Source: Eutreptiella sp. 'Long Island Sound 2002' (Eukaryota; Protista; Euglenida). From it: a stretch of 64,000 nucleotides of DNA. The notes beneath the pieces are model-generated. The model did no database searches. It was not told the origin of the DNA and saw only the letters and a list, made by a program, of their open reading frames with translations. The position numbers and the translations under genes are program-made. The stretch is taken from contig OZ038378.1 of the NCBI GenBank assembly GCA_964036045.1, positions 180,420,001-180,484,000 of the forward strand, written 5' to 3'. Of this stretch, positions 56,912-64,000 are shown piece by piece. Positions within the stretch are counted from its first letter, which is position 1, and the number at the start of each line of letters is the position of its first letter.

Positions 56912-57058
56912 GAGAAGCAATGCCTGTTACTGTCTCCCATGCGCCAGCCCGGACCGTGCACAGCTATACAATACCCTCTTCAAGTGGAGCCTCGTATTTG
57001 CCCACAAGGTCGACTGCGGAAGCGTCACCGCCCAAAGTGGCTGACAACCCAGTCACAA
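56912..57058 (+). CDS. Host repeat exon (147 nt, phase 1-1)
   Basis: ctcgcag|...ACA A|gtatct; near-identical to 53239-53385. Confidence 0.7.
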
Positions 57059-57350
57059 GTATCTATGGGGCTGTAGCATGTCAGAGGGTTGCGGCTCAGG
57101 TGATGCTGGGCACATGTGGTGCGCATGAGAGGTGCTGACACCTGGTGCTGCCACTGCACAGGTGTGTTTTGCAGTGGCAGCATTATGGAGTGGGCTTGCA
57201 TGCCCTTCCTGCCGCAACCACCGGCACCACTGCCTATTGCTTGGCAGCAGATGCGAGCCGTATGGCATCTCAAGTGGCATTGCTACACCTTGTGGCCCCT
57301 CTCCTTTTGTACGTTGTGCATTTGGAATCTTTCATGCCTTTCTGTTGCAG

Positions 57351-57497
57351 GTGAAGGAATGCCTGTTACTGTCTCCCATGGGGCAGCCCGGACCGTGCAC
57401 AGCTATACAATACCCTCTTCAAGTGGAACCTCGTATTTGCCCACAAGGTCGACTGTGGAAGCGTCGCTGCCCAAAGTGGCTGACAACCCAGTCACAG
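57351..57497 (+). CDS. Host repeat exon (147 nt, phase 1-1)
   Basis: gttgcag|...ACA G|gtgtgc; near-identical to 53239-53385, and the upstream intron sequence is also shared. Confidence 0.7.
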
Positions 57498-58587
57498 GTG
57501 TGCATGAGATGCGCAAGAAGCCTGTAGCACAACACTGGGTGCAGCTCAGGACATGGCCGGCGTGTGGGAAAGGCGATTGAGCAAGGGAGCCAAGTATGGG
57601 GTCATAATGAATTCCCGCAGGAGGGGGCTTCTTGCATTTTGGATGCACTGTACGAACCATAACACACACAATACATACTGTGTGATATGGCGAGGTGATT
57701 TGGGGTCACAACGAATTTGCACCGGAGGGGGTTTCCCTATTTTGTAAGCATTGTGGGTATCGGCCTGGTTTTAGGCGCAATCTGGAGGTGGGGGCTGGGT
57801 GTGTTGGGGAGTTGCCATAAACACGGAGTAAGTGTGCCATATGTGTAAGGCGAAGTGCGTGTTGGAGACTGCGGGTGTCCACGGTATAGGCCTTTGCTGT
57901 TGAAGCATTTTCCCCTGGCATTGCTACGTCCCTAACCCTGTCAGTTTCCCATAGATCACTGCCAAGTGCATCTCACTGAGTGCATCTCACTGGCTTCCGA
58001 GGCTTGGGGACCAATGGTTCCAGCTGCCTGTGGTGGCGGGTGCGGCGAACCTACTGCTGATTTTTCCTGTCTTCATATCCTGTTGCGGAGATTCTCGGCC
58101 CTCCCCCGTAGCCTTTTGGTTTGCGCTCCTAGGGGGTGGCCCCTTGCACGATCTGTGGGCGACTTTTTGGGGGCGAAGCACAAAGATGGATTCGGTTTGC
58201 CGGCGCATGCATTGTACGTGTTCTTACGTGCTCTTTTTTCTAAGCAACCTCGCCAGAGCCGAAAGAGCATGGACGAAAGTGGGAAATGTTGGGAAATCAC
58301 AACGATTCGACATCTCGGCTGCAGCGCTTGTGAGAGCCGGGGTATTCGCTCGTGCGTGTGTGTTTGCGTGTATCTTCCTTTGCTTCCTCAGGAAATGCGG
58401 GCACCGGCAGTTGGAGCACATCAATGGCATACACCAGCCAGGTGAGTATGGGCTTGCTGTGGCCGTTGTGGGTGCACTGTTGCCCCTGCGATGGTTGTAT
58501 CTGCGTGTTTCCTCAGTCTGTGCAGTCTCTGCTCGAGCCACTTTCGTAGCTATCAGTTGCCCAACACAACGTACCGCTAGGCCAGGC

Positions 58588-58966
58588 CAGGGCGGTCCTT
58601 AAGGAACCATATTTTTTTTTGCTAAGGACCGCCCTTAAGGACCGCCCCAAGGGACCACCAACCACCAACCGCCAGCTCCCATCAACCGCCAACCGCCACC
58701 AACTGCCAACCACCAACCGCTGCCAACCGCCAGCGGCGACCAACTGCCAACTGCCAACCACTGCCAACCGCCACCAACCACCAATCACTAACCACCAACC
58801 GCCGCCAACCACCACCAACCGCCAGTTGCCAGCTGCCAACCGCCAACCGCCGCCAACCGCCAACTGCCAACTGCCACCAACCATGGTTCAGCACATGGAG
58901 TGCCCGCGGGCTTTTTTGGGAAAACTGGTACCAGAACATTTTTGTTTTCCATTAAGGACTGCCCTG
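58588..58966. mobile_element. hAT-type MITE with 15-bp TIR and 8-bp TSD, filled with (CCAACCGCCA)-like repeats
   Basis: TSD GGCCAGGC at 58580-58587 and 58967-58974; TIR CAGGGCGGTCCTTAA / TTAAGGACTGCCCTG (14/15). Confidence 0.9.
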
Positions 58967-59293
58967 GGCCAGGCCGCGCCATGCAGCACGCAGCACGCAG
59001 CACGCAACACCCCTGTCCACCCACTCCAGAGCACACCAACCACACCACACCACACCACCACATCACACCACACTGCACCAAGTCCCCAAGTCCCCAGGAT
59101 GACCCTAAACTAGGCCCACCGAGCGTGGGGACGACTCCGACCTCGTCACAGGTGCACAACACATTACACACAGCATGTGTTTAGACACACAGCCCTCCCG
59201 GCTTGCATTACCTGTATGCAAGACCATCCCAGCCATTGCCTTTTGGTAACAGCGCCTGCGGTACACTACACTGCACCACACCACAGTACCATA

Positions 59294-59337
<44 letters not shown>

Positions 59338-61045
59338 CGTGCTGAGAGGGAGGAAAGGCTGCGACGGGCGGAGATTCAAACATTGCTGCAGTGCGAACAA
59401 TGCTTTAGAGAGGTGCTGTATGATAGCGAACGCTATGGATTCCGTTGAAATGATTTTACTGAGGCACATGATGACACATGTGGGTGCTGCCACATTGTGC
59501 AGACTTGTTTTGCTTTACACTTTTACCATGGCCACAAAAGAATGTGAATGTGGCATGATCATCAGGGATCATCCCAACGCTCACTATGATCAATTTGGGG
59601 TAAAGGGGACAGCCTTTTAATCCGAGTGGCGTGGCATCCCTCCTCCATACTACAGCTCAAGGGCCTTCAGGCGTCACACACACACCAAGAGTACTACTGG
59701 TGATAGCTGTTGTAATGGCTTTACAGCAATTGCTGCCACCACAGGCACCTTTGTGCTAACCGTTTTTTGGGGTCAAGAATGCACATGTTTGTGAGCCGGT
59801 TGAGTGGGAAAGAGGGGCTCGGCAGTGGCTGTGAAAAGCTGTAGCTGCTCATAACAACAGTTGTACACGAGACTGCAACTCAAATCCATTTGTTTTGATG
59901 TGATTTTCAGCGATGGTTGCTGCATTGGGTCCCGACCACTGAGAAATGGCGTGCCTGTGGGTCACGTGTTAAGCATGCTCTCATCCCTGTGACACGTTTA
60001 CCCCCTTGCGAGGACAATGCCCTTGTCAGCACGGGGGAGGGGGGGGTTCGGGCCCGGTCCTTGTATGCGACCCCCCCCCCGCCCCCCCCCCCCCCCCGAG
60101 TTTTGAGAGATAGTGGTGCGGGGGCCATGGCGCCAACGGCCCCAAATTTTTTGTTGCATGCTCAGTTGAAGGGTACTATGCCTTTGGTCCTCAAGACCCT
60201 AAAGGCTTTCTTCCTGGCAAAGACGAGATGGCGCCGCTAGCCGACCCCCCCCACCCCCAAGTTTTGACCGATAGCTGGGGGGTGGGTCGCATCAGGACCG
60301 GTTGTAGTCGCCCCCCGTGCTTGTCAGATCAACACGAGGCATTGTTTCTGCAACTTTTGGACGGGGCTTGGCCCAGCGGGCTTTTCCTGCTCCCACTGCT
60401 ATGTCCATCCCTCGTGCACGCAGCGCGCAGGACCAAATAGGCTGACCTGTTTCCGCAACTTTTGGGACCGTGGAGTTTGGCGGTTCCGTTTGCTGGTTGT
60501 CTGTGAAAATCACGCCTCTCCTGTGTTGTTGGTTGGGGCTGGTATTTCAGGGATGCTGATTGCTGTCCTGCCACTTTTTTGCCCGTCCCCTCAGTAAGTG
60601 ACTTGGATTCACCACCATGGACACGGCTGTCTGGGCCTCAACGATGAATTGCTTTGGTGCTTGTGTTCGCGTACAAGGCCCTTGTTAGAACAACAGGAGT
60701 GTTGTTTCCGTCATTTTCCGTGCTGTTGCCATTGTCCTTGCAAGAGAGGCGTACCTGATGTTGGCTGTGCTTGCGCAAAGACATGGACAGGCACTGCCAT
60801 GAGGCATCCTGCATTTTTCCAGCTCATTGGTGAGGTGCACGACCTAGAGTAGGACTTATAAAAGCACTGTTGTCCGTATTGTCTAATTGGTGGTGTTACC
60901 CCCATGAAAATAGTAATAGTATTGAAGCATGAGACAATCGAGACAAGCTGCTTGAATAGAAGCAAACAGTGAAGAAGCAAGAAGTGAGGCCTGGTGGGCA
61001 AGGGGCAGGGAAGGCTTTTGGTTCTTGCTTCTCTCTGCTTTGCAG

Positions 61046-61271
61046 CTCCGCCGGAACTCGCCAGCAACGAGCCTCTGGACGCCACTGCTGGAGAAGAATT
61101 TCGAGACCTCCACCCCCATCTCCCAACCGTCGAGCCTTCAGGCCGCCAAACCCACACCCCTGACCAGCGACAGCCTGCGGCAACTCGACACATCATCATA
61201 CACGGACCTGAAGCCGGCCCAACCGGACGCCTTGGAAATGCCTCCGGTGATGAGTTTGCCAACACCAGAAG
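61046..61271 (+). CDS. Probable host exon (226 nt)
   Basis: Long pyrimidine tract plus tgcag, and a strong donor ag|gtacgt. Open in two frames, so the frame is uncertain. Confidence 0.45.
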
Positions 61272-62590
61272 GTACGTGGAGGGCTGTGCTTTGGACTTGG
61301 TTCATGTGTTCCTGGGGTACAGGTGGATGTACAAGGCATGGGCAATGTTTCGGCGCCAGCGAACCAATTTTAGTCCCTTGTGGCTGACAGGGTCACCACA
61401 GACCATTTAGCCTCCAGGCTTATGCTTGCTTATGCTCCACCTGGGGATTGATGCTCTCAGTGCTGGTGAGGCTTTATCTGTTATGACAGTGAAACTTGAT
61501 GACCTTCTCATGGACCTTGAGCACAGCATTTTGGTGGGGGTGCCATTGCATTTGACCCTCCGTTGTCCCTGCTCTTCACTTGATATTTATTTTGCTGGGT
61601 AATGCATGATGGTGGCAGAGTGACTACTAATGTCCATTGAGGCAGCAAAAGAGGGTGTTGCACTTGCTTGCTCAGCTTGCTAGCTGCATATCTAGCTGAA
61701 GGCTTCCCCAGACGGGGATGCGATCACAGATATGAAAGGTGAAACAACAGCAATAGGGATTTGGGTCGCTCTACGCACTGCGTGAACCCCGGGCCGATGT
61801 CACCAATACTACTCTGAAGCACCCGCTTTCAGTGCATGCTTCCAAGGTCTAGCTGCTCAAAGGGGACACCTTTCGAGGCATTCTATGGCTACGCTTCTTT
61901 TTTTCATGAATGTTGGGTGTGCCATCACATTGTGTCTGGTGCTGTGGCACATGTTCTTTGCCCTGCAGATACGCAACATCTCTGTGCACAAGTTTTGTGC
62001 ATAATTTGTGTGGCTTTTTTGAGGATTTGTAGGGCATGTTTTTGCCATTTCTCTGGGTCACCACCACAGACCCCACAATCAACGCCACATGTCATTGACA
62101 TGCATACGTGCATTCCGTCACAAGCTTCCTCACTGCGGTGTGGCAGTTGCAGGGGCTTGGCAAAGCATTCAAGCACTGCATTGTTGTTTGTCGGCAAACG
62201 TCGTCTGCCATACAAAAGTTGTCCTCTTTTTCGAGAAATGGGACAGAATTTGCTGCGCCAACATCAGCCCCCTGCCAAACTGGGGGCCGATTTCCCCGAT
62301 TTGCCCCGAGGTAGTGCCCAGATTTGTTGGATTCTTTGTTCCCATGCCAATAATTGACAGTTCTTAGTGTTCACGCGTGTTCTTGTGTAGACAGGCTGCT
62401 TTTACCTCCATGGCCTGTCACAGTTAGGGGGGTCCTGAAGGGACGAGATTTTTTTTTTGTTAAGGACCGCCCTTAAGGACCGCCCCTAGAGGCCTTTTTG
62501 CCCTGGCCCAACGTGGGCCATGTCTATCCCCCCTTTTTGGGGATCACCGAGAAAGCAGGGGTTGCGTAGCAATTCCGCCCTCTTTTGGGC

Positions 62591-63180
62591 GCCACTTCTG
62601 ATTCTGCCCCCTGCTCTGAAGCGGTGGGGACCCCCCAGGCGGCAGGGGTTATGTAGCCACCTTGCCCACTTGTGGGCCACTTCTGATTTTGCCCCCCGCT
62701 CTGAAGCGGTGGGGACCCCCCAGGCGGCAGGAGTTATGTAGCCACCTTGCCCACTTGTGGGCCACTTCTGATTCTGCCCCCCGCTCTGAAGCGGTGGGGA
62801 CCCCCCAGGCGGCAGGGGTTATGTAGCCACCTTGCCCACTTGTGGGCCACTTCTGATTTTGCCCCCCGCTCTGAAGCGGTGGGGACCCCCCAGGCGGCAG
62901 GAGTTATGTAGCCACCTTGCCCACTTGTGGGCCACTTCTGATTCTGGCCCCCGCTCTGAAGCGGTGACCCCCTAGGCGGCAGGGGTTATGTAGCCACCTT
63001 GCCCACTTGTGGGCCACTTCTGATTTTGCCCCCCGCTCTGAAGCGGTGGGGACCCCCTAGGCGGCAGGGGTTATGTAGCCACCTTGCCCACTTGTGGGCC
63101 ACTTCTGATTTTGCCCCCCGCTCTGAAGCGGTGGGGACCCCCCCGGCGGCAGGGTTATGTAGCCACCTTGCCCACTTGGG
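62591..63180. repeat. About 7 x 85-bp tandem repeat inside a probable relative of the hAT MITE family
   Basis: gccacttctg recurs at 62591, 62676, 62761, 62846 and 62931. Upstream 62425-62490 shares taaggaccgcccttaaggaccgccc with 58624-58649. Confidence 0.9.
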
Positions 63181-63184
63181 CCAC

Positions 63185-63830
63185 ATTCCAGGGGGGTGGG
63201 AGGAATCGTTGGGTGTTGACGTAGGGAGTAGCCTCATCAAGGGTAGCCGGATGAAGTTTCTTCGCAGTCTGATTGAAGATGTCCAAACACGCTTCAATGG
63301 AACTCAGTGGGATGGTAGTGCTACAGTGGAGGATTGGGTTGAGGCAAGCCTGTGTTCGTGTGAGAGAGTGTTTAGCTACGTGACGGCTACTGATTTTGGC
63401 CAAAGCACGGAGCGCATGTGTGAGACGCTGTGGGCAATGGGGAGGCACCAGCAGATTGGGGGCCCTTTGAGGTGTTTGATGATCTCCGGAAGACCCCTTT
63501 CCGCTCGCGCAAATGGAAGCAAGCGCATGCGGTTGAGGTGGAAGATGGTGGTTTGCTTGGGTTTGCTGCTTTCAAGGATTTGCCAATTTCTTTCGAAGAG
63601 GATGCTCAGGCAGAGGTTCAGTTGAACATTCAAGATTTGTGGGTTGTCCCCAAAAGGGCAACACGTCACGCCGATATTGGCGATGTGTATGGGGTTGGGT
63701 TGGAGGGTGAGGACGAAGACAGTGAGGACGAGGATTTGGAGCAGCCAGGTGAAGTTACCAGTAGCTCCTCTTCCGACCACGGGGGGGACGTCTCCTCTGT
63801 CCCGGTACGCGACTCCCCGCCCCCCCCCCT
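63185..63830 (+). pseudogene. Unidentified frameshifted coding-like segment ending in an acidic tract
   Basis: HIPGGWEESLG...MCETLWAMG, then (other frame) WGPFEVFDDLRKTPFRSRKW...DVYGVGLEGEDEDSEDEDL. Confidence 0.3.
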
Positions 63831-64000
63831 CCGGGCCCTCCGGGCCCACTTAGTTACCAAGGGTCAATGGCTACTAGCCATACATAGGGGGAACGTAGGG
63901 GGTGCGCTAAGGGGGCGCACTTAGGACAATCTTTGAATCCACGCTTCGTTGCGTGGTGCATCATGGTGATGCAGGGGTGATGTAGATGTAGCCAATTCGC

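Noticed and set aside
1-64000. rRNA, tRNA, spliced-leader RNA genes or euglenid non-conventional introns
   Set aside because: None was recognisable by eye. All exon junctions I could infer are GT(GC)-AG, and transcript data would be needed to detect non-canonical introns.

Overview
A eukaryotic, GC-rich, repeat-saturated nuclear window; a protist, possibly euglenozoan, host is my inference only. G/C homopolymer runs vary in length, so some frameshifts may be assembly errors. Five layers are visible. (1) Two decayed tyrosine-recombinase (YR) retrotransposons with VIPER/TATE-like order YR-RT-RNase H, at ~1240-5890 (+) and 8166-12026 (-). They form a 3.6-kb-arm inverted pair that ends at the same nucleotide, around a spacer containing a possible Polinton/virophage-like penton fragment. 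(2) An apparently intact ~14-kb non-LTR retrotransposon (~22740-36776, +). It has a hairpin-dense leader, about 25 copies of a 104-bp structured monomer, a ~1300-aa ORF1 and a ~1900-aa ORF2 (unknown N-domain, APE, RT with WADD, RNase H, CCHC, then ~290 aa of unknown C-terminal sequence). (3) A non-autonomous Helentron/DINE-like family with sub-terminal inverted repeats, a terminal hairpin, TT insertion and no TSD. It is nested three-deep inside its own ~182-bp repeats (39639-44743), with a fourth copy at 45732-46966. (4) Small GT-AG exons of a + strand host gene: two PH domains, then at least six paralogous phase 1-1 exons encoding a ~49-aa 'HS(Y/F/C)T(I/L)P' repeat. (5) MITEs, Penelope-like and hAT remnants, minisatellites and microsatellites. 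No rRNA, tRNA or CRISPR array was recognised.
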